Part shown: positions 9,572-17,929 of the stretch, one piece after another | How the letters are laid out: the number at the start of each line of letters is the position of its first letter | Position numbering within the stretch: position 1 is the stretch's first letter | Assembly: GCA_965217585.1 (NCBI GenBank) | Contig: OZ244561.1 | Span: forward strand, 5,376,001 to 5,440,000 | DNA from: Candidatus Latescibacterota bacterium | GTDB lineage: Bacteria; Latescibacterota; UBA2968; UBA8231 | Length of the DNA: 64,000 nucleotides | Direction: 5' to 3' | Made by a program: the position numbers and the translations under genes | The notes under the pieces: generated by a model | The model's input: only the letters and a program-made list of their open reading frames with translations | What the model was told of the DNA's origin: nothing | The model's database searches: none

Positions 9572-10096
9572 ATGGCATTTAACGTCAAGCAACGCGGCCG
9601 ATTGACCTATTACTACAACGGGGATCACCCGACCTTATCGGCCTTGGTGACCGAGGCGCTGGACAACGGCGACTTGAAGATCTACTTCGCTGGTTTGACC
9701 GGCGGACATTCGGCGCAGGGGATCCTCGGCCGCGACGAGTTGGTGAGGATGACGCCCGCCGTTGAGGTCGAACTAGTCTTCCGCTGTTGGGAGAAATGGC
9801 TGCAGGAAGCCGGGATTTGCGACTCGATTGCCCAGATAGATTTTATCGAGGTGCACGCTTTCGGTGCCCAGCCCAAGGACGTCAACCCGCTGACCGATCC
9901 GCAGCGCTTTCACGAGGAACAACAGCGCATTTATCAGGAATACGCCCAAGCCTATAGCCGCTTTTTCCGCGACTGTATGCCCGACGCCGGGGTACCGGCC
10001 CGTTTCACGGTTCACGTAGTTGATTTCCCGGACAAAGCTGCTGCTTATGAATTCTACAGCGTGGGCCTGTATCAGAAGGCCCTGCACGGAGCCTGA
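9572..10096 (+). CDS. Hypothetical protein, probable divergent Rid/YjgF/YER057c/UK114 family member
   Basis: IYFAGLTG ... LQEAG ... AYSRFF ... PARFTVHVVDFP ... YEF resembles the Rid pattern (SGQ..G, LxxAG, YxxFF, PARxxV, P, xE). ATG at 9572. Confidence 0.6.
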   Translation: MAFNVKQRGRLTYYYNGDHPTLSALVTEALDNGDLKIYFAGLTGGHSAQGILGRDELVRMTPAVEVELVFRCWEKWLQEAGICDSIAQIDFIEVHAFGAQPKDVNPLTDPQRFHEEQQRIYQEYAQAYSRFFRDCMPDAGVPARFTVHVVDFPDKAAAYEFYSVGLYQKALHGA

Positions 10097-10099
10097 GCC

Positions 10100-10321
10100 A
10101 TGCCGATTTTTGAATACGCCTGCAAGGAGTGCGGCGCGGAGTTCGACGCGCTCATACAAGGGGCGGCTAGGCCCGCTTGCCCGTCTTGTGAGAGCGTGCG
10201 GTTAGAGAAGAAGCTGTCGAGTTTTGCCGTTGCCGGCCGCGCCGCCAGCGAGCGCGAGCCAATAGGGCCGTGTGGAACCTGCGGCGATCCACGCGGTGCT
10301 GGTGCCTGTGCCCTCGACTAA
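10100..10321 (+). CDS. FmdB family zinc-ribbon protein
   Basis: MPIFEYACKECG...CPSC, plus an extra C-terminal CGTC...C. Confidence 0.85.
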   Translation: MPIFEYACKECGAEFDALIQGAARPACPSCESVRLEKKLSSFAVAGRAASEREPIGPCGTCGDPRGAGACALD

Positions 10322-10334
10322 TTGAGGAGGAGCT

Positions 10335-11597
10335 ATGGCTGTGACGCAAATCGAGCTGCCCTTTGGCGACTCCCACCTGCAAGTCACCGTGCCTAGTGAG
10401 CACCTGCTAGGCATCGTTCTGCCGAGAGCAGAACAATGCGGCGACGGCGCGGAGCACGCGTTGGTGCGGGATGCGCTGGACCGGCCCGTGGGCACGCCGG
10501 CATTGCGCGCGTTGGTGCGGCCCGGTCAGCAGGTCGCGATTGTCGTCAGCGATATGACCCGGCCCTGCCCAACGGATCGCCTGTTGTCGCCGGTGCTGGA
10601 GGAACTCGCCGCGGCCGGTGTGCCGGACGCCGACGTGACCGTGGTCGTGGCCTTGGGACTGCACCGAGCGCAGACCGCAGCCGAACTGGCCGCTTTAGTG
10701 GGGCCGGCGGTCTATGCTCGGGTGCGGGTCGTGAACCACGATCCAAAAGACGTGGTGCGGCTAGGCGTCACCGCCCGAGGTACGCCCGTGGAACTCTTCC
10801 GTCCCTTGGTAGAGGCCGATGTGCGGATCTGTTTGGGTAACTTGGAGTTTCACTACTTCGCCGGCTTTTCGGGCGGGGCCAAGGCGATCTTGCCCGGCTG
10901 TGCCTCCCCTAGCGCCATAGCGGCCAACCACGGCTTGATGGCCCGGCCCGGCGCGGAGACCGGGCGGCTCGTGGGCAATCCGGTGCGGGAAGATTTAGAA
11001 GAAGGGGCGGCCATGTTGGGGATTGACTTCATCCTCAATGTGATCGTCGACGATCGCCACCGCATTGTCGCCGCCTTTGCCGGGCACGTGCGGGAGGCCC
11101 ACCGCAAAGGGTGCGAGCGAGTGGCCGAGCGCGGGGCCGTGCCCATTGCGCGATGCGCTGATATCGTCCTCGTCAGCGCGGGCGGCTATCCGCTGGATGT
11201 CAATATGTACCAAGCGCAAAAGGCCCTCGACAACGCCGTGCATGCCGTGCGCGAAGGAGGCGTCATCGTCTGGGTGGCTGAATGCCGAGAGGGACTGGGC
11301 AGTGCTACCTTTGCCTCTTGGTTGCAGGAGGCGGATTCGGCCGACGGGATTCTCGCACGCATAGAGCGGGAATTCGTCTTGGGCGGGCACAAGGCCGCAG
11401 CCATTGCCGCGGTGCTGAAAAAGGCCCGCGTGCATTTGGTCTCATCGCTGCCGGCCGAGGCCATCGGCCGCGTCGGTTTAGTGCCCTTTGACGACCTAGA
11501 CCAAGCTGTGGCGGCCGCGCACGAGGTAGTCGGCCCCGAGGCCCGGGTCTGGGCGCTGCCCTATGGAGATTCGGTGTTGCCGCAGGCCGCAGCCTAG
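10335..11597 (+). CDS. larA: Nickel-pincer-dependent lactate racemase family protein (LarA)
   Basis: SDMTRP, GLHR, VNHD, HYFAGFSGGAKAILPG, NH, YQAQKAL. GAGGAG RBS. Confidence 0.9.
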   Translation: MAVTQIELPFGDSHLQVTVPSEHLLGIVLPRAEQCGDGAEHALVRDALDRPVGTPALRALVRPGQQVAIVVSDMTRPCPTDRLLSPVLEELAAAGVPDADVTVVVALGLHRAQTAAELAALVGPAVYARVRVVNHDPKDVVRLGVTARGTPVELFRPLVEADVRICLGNLEFHYFAGFSGGAKAILPGCASPSAIAANHGLMARPGAETGRLVGNPVREDLEEGAAMLGIDFILNVIVDDRHRIVAAFAGHVREAHRKGCERVAERGAVPIARCADIVLVSAGGYPLDVNMYQAQKALDNAVHAVREGGVIVWVAECREGLGSATFASWLQEADSADGILARIEREFVLGGHKAAAIAAVLKKARVHLVSSLPAEAIGRVGLVPFDDLDQAVAAAHEVVGPEARVWALPYGDSVLPQAAA

Positions 11598-12499
11598 GGC
11601 TTTTCACCGGCAAACAAATCGAGCTGTTCGATCTCCTCGTCGGCAAATCCCCCCAACCCTATGCCGAGCAGGCGCGTGCCCAAGTCGCCGGCCTCTGTGT
11701 CCTCTAACAGCTCGCAGGCAGCCGCGAAGATGGCTTGGGCGCGGTCGGTAAAGGCGGCTAAGCGCGATGTGCGCGTCGCGGTACGAAAATCTGGGTAGCG
11801 CACCTGTAGGCTCACGTCGCGCGCTTGCAGTCCTCTGCGCTGCAAACGCCCACAGAGCGCAGCGGCCAACTCGCGCAAGGCCTCGCGCATTTCTTCGCGG
11901 GTGTACATCGGGGTGGCAAAGGAGGTTTCCTCGCGGATTTGGCTAAGCTGCTCGGCCAGGGCGACCGAGTCGTCGTCCCGGCCTTGGGCAAGGTGCCAAA
12001 AGCTACTACCCCGCTGGCCAAAGTGGCGCACGAGTTCGTTCAGCGACACTTGAGCCAGCGAGCCGACGCGCTCTATTTGCATAGCCGCGAGTTGCTGGCG
12101 CGTAATGGCCCCCACGCCGGGGAGCTGGTCGATGGGCACGTCGGCGAGGAAATCTCCTATCTGTTCGGGCAGCACGACCGTTAGGCCATCGGGCCGCTGG
12201 CGCTCCATAGCCAGCCGCGCCAAGAACTTGCTAGGTGCCAACCCCACGGAAACGCTCCAACCTAGCTGCCGCTTGATATCGCTCTTGATCATCTTGGCGA
12301 CACGCATTCCGAAGGGGATGTCGAGCTTATTGTCGGTGACGTCGAGGATGGCGTAGCCGTCGCCCCATTCGATCCAATCGGTGTATTCGCGCAGGAGCAC
12401 GGCGAATTTGGAGCAAGCCTGGGTGTCGCGGCTAGGCGGGCCGCTATCGACTCCAATGTGAACTATCTTGCGGCGTCCGCCAGCCCTAGTGGGACTCAT
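11594..12499 (-). CDS. DinB/Pol IV-like Y-family polymerase homolog lacking the fingers domain and catalytic carboxylates
   Basis: RKIVHI, YTDWIE..AILDVT, SVGLAPSKFLA, PGVG, little-finger region (VRYPDF, RLLGIG), C-terminal QLDLF clamp motif. Confidence 0.8.
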   Translation of the reverse strand: MSPTRAGGRRKIVHIGVDSGPPSRDTQACSKFAVLLREYTDWIEWGDGYAILDVTDNKLDIPFGMRVAKMIKSDIKRQLGWSVSVGLAPSKFLARLAMERQRPDGLTVVLPEQIGDFLADVPIDQLPGVGAITRQQLAAMQIERVGSLAQVSLNELVRHFGQRGSSFWHLAQGRDDDSVALAEQLSQIREETSFATPMYTREEMREALRELAAALCGRLQRRGLQARDVSLQVRYPDFRTATRTSRLAAFTDRAQAIFAAACELLEDTEAGDLGTRLLGIGLGGFADEEIEQLDLFAGEKP

Positions 12500-13451
12500 G
12501 CGACAAAAAAGGCAGGGAAACTACGGTGGCCTGTGCTCCGTCCGCGTCTAGCGCAGTGCCCTCGGCGCAAGCGCTCCGCCGCACATAGGCGAGGGCGATC
12601 GGGCCGAGGCTTGGGGAATGGACCGCAGAAGTGATGCGCCCTACTTCGCGCACTCCATCGCGCAGCGGTTGCCCCGTTGGCGGCAGCTCGGCGGCGGAAA
12701 GCCGCAGCCCCACTAGATGCTGCTTGACTTTGTCGTAGGTGTCTAGGCGAGCGATGACTTCTTGGCCGATATAGCAGCCTTTGTCTAGATGAATGGCGCG
12801 ACCAAGCCCTGCTTCCCAGGGGTTGTAATCTTGGGTCAGTTCTCGCCCGCGCAGGGGAAGACCCTGTTCGACGCGCAGAATTTCCCAGGTCGCCGCCCCT
12901 ATTGGACGAGCACCTGCGGCGGCAAGGCGTTGCCAAAGGGCCGCTACGGCTGCGGGCGGCCCGAAGGTGCGCAGCCCCGGCCCGGCCGTCCGCGCCAGCC
13001 ACAGGCCGTCCGCGACCTGTGGGTCGAGTAGCTGGTGATCCTGAAGTTTTGCCAGATCCGCGTCCAATACGCGGGCGACTAGCTGGGTGGCGTGTGGGCC
13101 GACGAGTTCGAACATGGCCGTCTCGTCTGTGCGGTCTGCCAATTCGAGAGCCTCGGCAAAGATAAAGCGGTCCAGCCAAGCGGGGATCGCAGTGCGCGAA
13201 TCGGGACTGAGGATCAAGGCGGTGACGTCCGGGCCGCGATAGCAGGTGGCGAGGTCGAGAATCCGCGCCCGCTGTTCGATAAAAACGGCTTCGAGGCCGT
13301 GCCCTAGTTGCAGGTTATGGAAGTCGTTGGAGGTCATGCGGTGCAGGAAATCGAGATGGTCGGCACCGCGCGTGTACAAGCGAAACGAGGCTTGCGCGTC
13401 GCGTAGGGCCGCGCTGGCGCGGGCGGCGTGGTATTCGTCGTAATGGGTCAT
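12486..13451 (-). CDS. ygfZ: YgfZ/GcvT-family folate-binding protein
   Basis: KGCYIGQE signature, GADHLDFLHRMTSND, ILRVEQGLP. Confidence 0.85.
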   Translation of the reverse strand: MTHYDEYHAARASAALRDAQASFRLYTRGADHLDFLHRMTSNDFHNLQLGHGLEAVFIEQRARILDLATCYRGPDVTALILSPDSRTAIPAWLDRFIFAEALELADRTDETAMFELVGPHATQLVARVLDADLAKLQDHQLLDPQVADGLWLARTAGPGLRTFGPPAAVAALWQRLAAAGARPIGAATWEILRVEQGLPLRGRELTQDYNPWEAGLGRAIHLDKGCYIGQEVIARLDTYDKVKQHLVGLRLSAAELPPTGQPLRDGVREVGRITSAVHSPSLGPIALAYVRRSACAEGTALDADGAQATVVSLPFLSHESH

Positions 13452-13464
13452 AACGGGCAAGAGG

Positions 13465-16400
13465 CTAGGCGTGCTGCGTCACGGAGAAACGCGAGCCTAA
13501 GTCGGGGTGTTTGGCGACCTCTATTTGCACCGGGAAGGTCGCCTTGAGCTGGTCGAGATGCGTGACGATTAACACCTTTTTGAAATCCTCGCTGATTTTT
13601 TGGATGGCTTCGATGAGTTGCTCCAGCCCCTGCTCATCTTGGGTCCCGAAGCCCTCGTCGATAAAGAGGGTGTGGAGGCGGGTGCCCGAGCGCATGGCCA
13701 GCACCTTGGAAAGCGCGATGCGCAAGGCGAAATTGGTGCGGAATGCCTCGCCCCCAGAATAGAGGTGATAGGAGCGCTCGCCGACCTCGTCGGCGATTTT
13801 GACGTCGAGGGTTTCGCGGGTGCCGCCTTTTTTGAGGTCGCGCAGCGACTCAAAGGCGATTTGGATGCGGTTGTCTGTCAGGCGTGCGAGGATGGCGTTG
13901 GCCTCGTCGGCGATCTGCGGCACGGCGTTTTCAATGATCAGCGCTTGGATCCCATCCTTGCCGAATGCCTTGTCGAGCTGTTGGTAGATCCAGGCCTGTC
14001 GCTGGGTGCCTTGCAGGTCTTGGCGCAACGCGTCCCGTTCCAGCGCTAGTTCGGCGCAGCGCGAGCACAAGGCCTCTAGGTTGCCTCGGCGCTGGAGGAG
14101 TTGATCCCTTTCGACCCGCAGCTTTTCCAAGAGGGCTTGGTTTTCGCCGAGTTGCCTATCGACGTCTTCTAACTCGCCGGCCCGCTTGTCTAATCTTTCC
14201 TGTTCTTTTTTCGCGGCCTGCAATTGTTCCGCTAGAGAGGAGGCTTCGGCCTCGTAGCGCACCCGCGATTCACTGGCCGAAGCACGGCGTTCGCGGGCGT
14301 TTTGCAGGCGCTCGAATTGCCGCGCGCTGTCGCGCAGGTCGTCCTGTTGGTGGCGTAGCTGCTGGTGCTCGGCACCATTGTAACCCAAGGCTGCGAGCTG
14401 GTGCTCGACTTGGCCGAGTTGTTCCCGTTCCTCTTGGGCATAGCGGGCCTCGGCGAGTTGGCGGTCTGCTTGGTCGAGTTGGTTCTGGGCTTCGGCCCGA
14501 TCGCTGTTGAGGCGCTCGGCTTGGCTTTTGGCGTCCTGCAAGCGGGCGTGCTCGGCCTCGACCGGGCGCAACTCGGCGAGCTTTTGGCGCAGCGCCTCGT
14601 GCTCGGCGCTGCTGTAGCCCAATAGCTCTATTTCCCCGGCTAGCTTGTGCAGGCGTTCGCGTTCGCTGGGAGCGTATGATTGGTCGCTGAGTTCGCGGTC
14701 GAGGGCGGCTAGTTGCTCAGCTAGCGACTGGGCCCCAGCGGCCGATTCCCGCAATTGCCCGAGACGAGCTTCCCCGGCGGCCAGTTCTTGATGCACCTGC
14801 TGGAGGGGCGCGATTTCCTCTCCAAGGGCCCTGTAGTGCGTGCGCATCTTTTGCAACAGGTCGTCGAGAGTGGCCAGCTCGCTGCCGAGAACGGCGATGC
14901 GCTCTTGGCGGCGTTCTTCCCGTTGCGAGAGTTCTGCCGCGACCTGCTGGCGATGTTCGGCGTCGAGTGCGCTGCCGCACAATGGGCAATTGGCGTCGTC
15001 GGAACCGGCCAAGGCCTGAGCCTGCTGGCGCTCGTTGGCCAATTCTTCTTCTTCGGCGCGGAGTTTTTGCTGCCGCTCGGTGATCTGGGCATTGAGATCT
15101 CGGCCCTCGTCCTCGAGGCGGTTCCGTTCTTCGACTTTGGCCTGCAATTGGGTCCGTTGCGCTTGCAACTGGTGGATGTGAGCTGCTAGGGTTTCCCCCT
15201 CGGCGCTGGCTCGTTCTAACTGCGCCAATTGCTTGGCTAGTGCTTGGCGCTGGCTTTTGCGGCGCTCTTCTGCGAGAGATAGTTCGTGTTCGAGGCGACG
15301 GCGCTCGCGGAGGAGATCCTCGTAGCGAATCCGCGCCTGCTCTAGGGCTTGGGCCTGCTCGCTAATGGTTTTGAATTGGACGTAGCGGATGGCGATGGTC
15401 TGTTCCCGATTGAGCAAGGCTTGGTGCTCGGCGAGCTGGCGCTGTCGCTCGCCGAGGGTGGCCGCCCAGCGCTCTTGCTGTCGCTCCACTTCTTGGCGCA
15501 CCTGGGCGATTCGCTCTTCTAGCTGGCGGCGGCGGGCCTCTAACTCGCCGTGCTCCTGAGCTTTTTGTTCGATTAGGCCGATTTGAGTGCGAAGCTGGTC
15601 GTAGGTCGCAAAGTCCCGCTCGATGGATTCGGTGGCCGCTAGAATTTCGCCGTCTTGGCGCTGCTGCTCCCGCAGGTTTTCGAGTTCGGCGGAGACCTGT
15701 TGCGCCCGCTCGGCAACGCGCTGCTGCTCCCTCACTAGCTCGGAGACACGCTGGCGGATCTGCGCTAGCTCTAGGCGCTGGGCCTCCAACTCGGCTTGCT
15801 CTTTTTCACGGCTGCTGATTTCGCGGCCGAGTAGAGCGAGGTGATCATCGACGGCGCGCAGCTCGGCTTCGTAGCCTTCTCGCCTAGCCAATTCGGTATC
15901 GAGTTCACCGAGGCGAGTTTGCTGAGCCTCGCTCTGGCGCTGGTGCTCTTGATAGCGGACCCGGGCCATGCCTTGGAGCTGGTCGTAGCGCCCCAAGCCG
16001 AGGATGCGACCGAGTACCTCCTTGCGCTGCCTGGCGTTTTTCTGGGTGAACTCGTCGGCGCGCCCTTGGACGATGAAGGCCGAGTTGACGAAGGTGTCGT
16101 AGTCCATGGATAGGAGCTCGTTGATGCGCCGCTGGGTGGGATTAATGCCCTCGCCTTCGCTGAGAGTGCGGAAGACGCCGTCGCTTTCTACTTGCAGGTC
16201 TAGGGCCGGGACGCCTCGCTTGGTGCGGCGCCAATTGCGGATGACGCGGAAGTGCTTTTCGCCGAGGGCGAAGTCGAAGTCGACCCGCATCTCTCTGGCT
16301 CCGATCCGACACAGTTCTTCGTCGCTGCGGCTTTTGCGAGCTTGGCCCCACAGGGCGTAGGTAATCCCGTCGAGCAGGGCGGATTTGCCGTGGCCGTTGC

Positions 16401-16500
16401 CGCCTGTGAGGCAGGCGACGTGGAACTGGGTAAAGTCGAGTGGTGGCACCTCCTCGCCGTAGCTGAGAAAGTTGCGCAGCGAAAGGGAGAGAGGGATCAT
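13465..16500 (-). CDS. sbcC: SbcC/Rad50 SMC-like ATPase
   Basis: Walker A GGNGHGKS, long coiled coils, zinc hook CPLC, YSGGE signature, Walker B IDEGFGTQD. Confidence 0.92.
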   Translation of the reverse strand: MIPLSLSLRNFLSYGEEVPPLDFTQFHVACLTGGNGHGKSALLDGITYALWGQARKSRSDEELCRIGAREMRVDFDFALGEKHFRVIRNWRRTKRGVPALDLQVESDGVFRTLSEGEGINPTQRRINELLSMDYDTFVNSAFIVQGRADEFTQKNARQRKEVLGRILGLGRYDQLQGMARVRYQEHQRQSEAQQTRLGELDTELARREGYEAELRAVDDHLALLGREISSREKEQAELEAQRLELAQIRQRVSELVREQQRVAERAQQVSAELENLREQQRQDGEILAATESIERDFATYDQLRTQIGLIEQKAQEHGELEARRRQLEERIAQVRQEVERQQERWAATLGERQRQLAEHQALLNREQTIAIRYVQFKTISEQAQALEQARIRYEDLLRERRRLEHELSLAEERRKSQRQALAKQLAQLERASAEGETLAAHIHQLQAQRTQLQAKVEERNRLEDEGRDLNAQITERQQKLRAEEEELANERQQAQALAGSDDANCPLCGSALDAEHRQQVAAELSQREERRQERIAVLGSELATLDDLLQKMRTHYRALGEEIAPLQQVHQELAAGEARLGQLRESAAGAQSLAEQLAALDRELSDQSYAPSERERLHKLAGEIELLGYSSAEHEALRQKLAELRPVEAEHARLQDAKSQAERLNSDRAEAQNQLDQADRQLAEARYAQEEREQLGQVEHQLAALGYNGAEHQQLRHQQDDLRDSARQFERLQNARERRASASESRVRYEAEASSLAEQLQAAKKEQERLDKRAGELEDVDRQLGENQALLEKLRVERDQLLQRRGNLEALCSRCAELALERDALRQDLQGTQRQAWIYQQLDKAFGKDGIQALIIENAVPQIADEANAILARLTDNRIQIAFESLRDLKKGGTRETLDVKIADEVGERSYHLYSGGEAFRTNFALRIALSKVLAMRSGTRLHTLFIDEGFGTQDEQGLEQLIEAIQKISEDFKKVLIVTHLDQLKATFPVQIEVAKHPDLGSRFSVTQHA

Positions 16501-17765
16501 CCGTCGTCTTCGTCGCGTTGGCCAGATTCGAGCTCGCGCTCGAGGTGGAGCGCGTAGTTTTTGAGCTCGGACCGGTGCGTTTGCAGGTCTGGGCTGTTGT
16601 CGATATAGCGGTCGAGGGCGTCGCCTAAGCCGGCCTCCTCGCTGATTTCAGCACGGCGTTGACGCACTTCCGGGGCGAAGCGCGGCTGGATAAAGGCGAC
16701 GTGGAAGGCCGGTTCAAGTGCCTGCCGCACCTGTTGTAAGTCCACCGGCGTGGCGTAGCCTGCGGGCAGGTCGTAGAGGACGCGGACTACGGCGTCTGCC
16801 AGATCGGCCTCGGCGCAGGCCGCGACGAGGCGCTCGGTGGCGTCTTGGCCGTCGAGCACCTTCAGCTTGATGGTCGCAAAGCGCCGGGACGGGACGGGGA
16901 CGAACTCAAAAGTAGTCGCCTGGCCCCTCGGCGCAGTTGCGTCCTCTGCGATACGTACGAGGCAGAAGCCCTTGTCTTCGCCTTCCTCGCCAAAGTCGAT
17001 GCGCTCTAGGCTGCCCGAATAAATCACGGGCGGATGTTGGCCGGGGTTGAGGTCTTGATATTTGTGAATGTGCCCCAAGGCGACATAGTCGTAGGCGGGA
17101 TTGGCAAGGGTGCTGGTGAGCAAAACGGGGTCTTGGCCGATAATAGCGGTGCGTTCGCCCCCAGAATAGACGGCGTCGGCGGCAGCGAGGTGGGCGATGA
17201 GTACGCCCGGCAGCTCGGGGTCGAGCTGCCGGGCGTACTCATCGATCTGGGCTGCGCAGATCTTTTGAATCTCGACGCGGACTTCCTCTAGGGACAGGTC
17301 GCGGTATTCATCGCGGGTGAGTAGGGCATGGCGCGTTGGCCAGGGTAGGCCGGCCACTTGTACCGGGCCATTGGCCGTTTCGATCCGCAGAAGCTCCGGG
17401 CGGCGGATGACATGGGTGCCCTCTAGCTGTAGGGTGCTGAAAATATCGACCGAAGTAGCTTTGCCGAAAGCGCCCGGTGCGTCGTGGTTGCCGACCACCA
17501 GCACGATGGGGATGCGGGCCGCTTGCAGGCGCTGGAGCTGGCGGGCAAAGACGCGCTGGTGGGTCGGGGTCGGATCGCAATTTTTGTACATGTCGCCGGC
17601 GAAGAGGACCAAATCGACCGCCTTTTCAATGGCTAGGTCGAAGACTGCTTCTAGGCTGGCGGCAAAATCTCGAACCCGCGAATGCAGGCCAGAGCTTGGG
17701 TCGAGGCTGCCGTGGTTTTCGATGCCCAAATGCAGATCGGCAAAGTGCAGGAGTGTCAAGGCCAT
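16497..17765 (-). CDS. sbcD: SbcD/Mre11 nuclease
   Basis: ADLHLG, AGD, GNHD, ALGHIH, YSGSLERIDFGE. 4-nt overlap with sbcC. Confidence 0.92.
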   Translation of the reverse strand: MALTLLHFADLHLGIENHGSLDPSSGLHSRVRDFAASLEAVFDLAIEKAVDLVLFAGDMYKNCDPTPTHQRVFARQLQRLQAARIPIVLVVGNHDAPGAFGKATSVDIFSTLQLEGTHVIRRPELLRIETANGPVQVAGLPWPTRHALLTRDEYRDLSLEEVRVEIQKICAAQIDEYARQLDPELPGVLIAHLAAADAVYSGGERTAIIGQDPVLLTSTLANPAYDYVALGHIHKYQDLNPGQHPPVIYSGSLERIDFGEEGEDKGFCLVRIAEDATAPRGQATTFEFVPVPSRRFATIKLKVLDGQDATERLVAACAEADLADAVVRVLYDLPAGYATPVDLQQVRQALEPAFHVAFIQPRFAPEVRQRRAEISEEAGLGDALDRYIDNSPDLQTHRSELKNYALHLERELESGQRDEDDG

Positions 17766-17857
17766 GAGACGCGCGAATGCGTTGTGTTTGGAAAGGGGGC
17801 GGCTCGGTCTGTAAATTTATTAAAAGGAGGGTGGCGAACTTGGGCAAGTCCCTTTGC

Positions 17858-17886
17858 TTGCACCTAGACATCGTTTTTAGTACATT
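17858..17886 (+). promoter_or_regulatory. sigma70 promoter (probably the original greA promoter, now reading into the IS)
   Basis: TTGCAC (17858-17863), 17 nt, TACATT (17881-17886). The -10 hexamer lies in the duplicated target site. Confidence 0.6.
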
Positions 17887-17929
17887 AACTGACGTTACGC
17901 ACCTGTATTTATCTTGGTATATTCCCCGT

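Noticed and set aside
13465-17765. SMC-based defence system (Wadjet or Lamassu-like)
   Set aside because: The zinc hook and adjacent Mre11-type nuclease identify ordinary SbcCD. No jet or effector genes are present.
17777-17929. N-terminal extension of the transposase ORF given in the ORF track
   Set aside because: It begins outside the left TIR. The real start is most likely ATG 17930.
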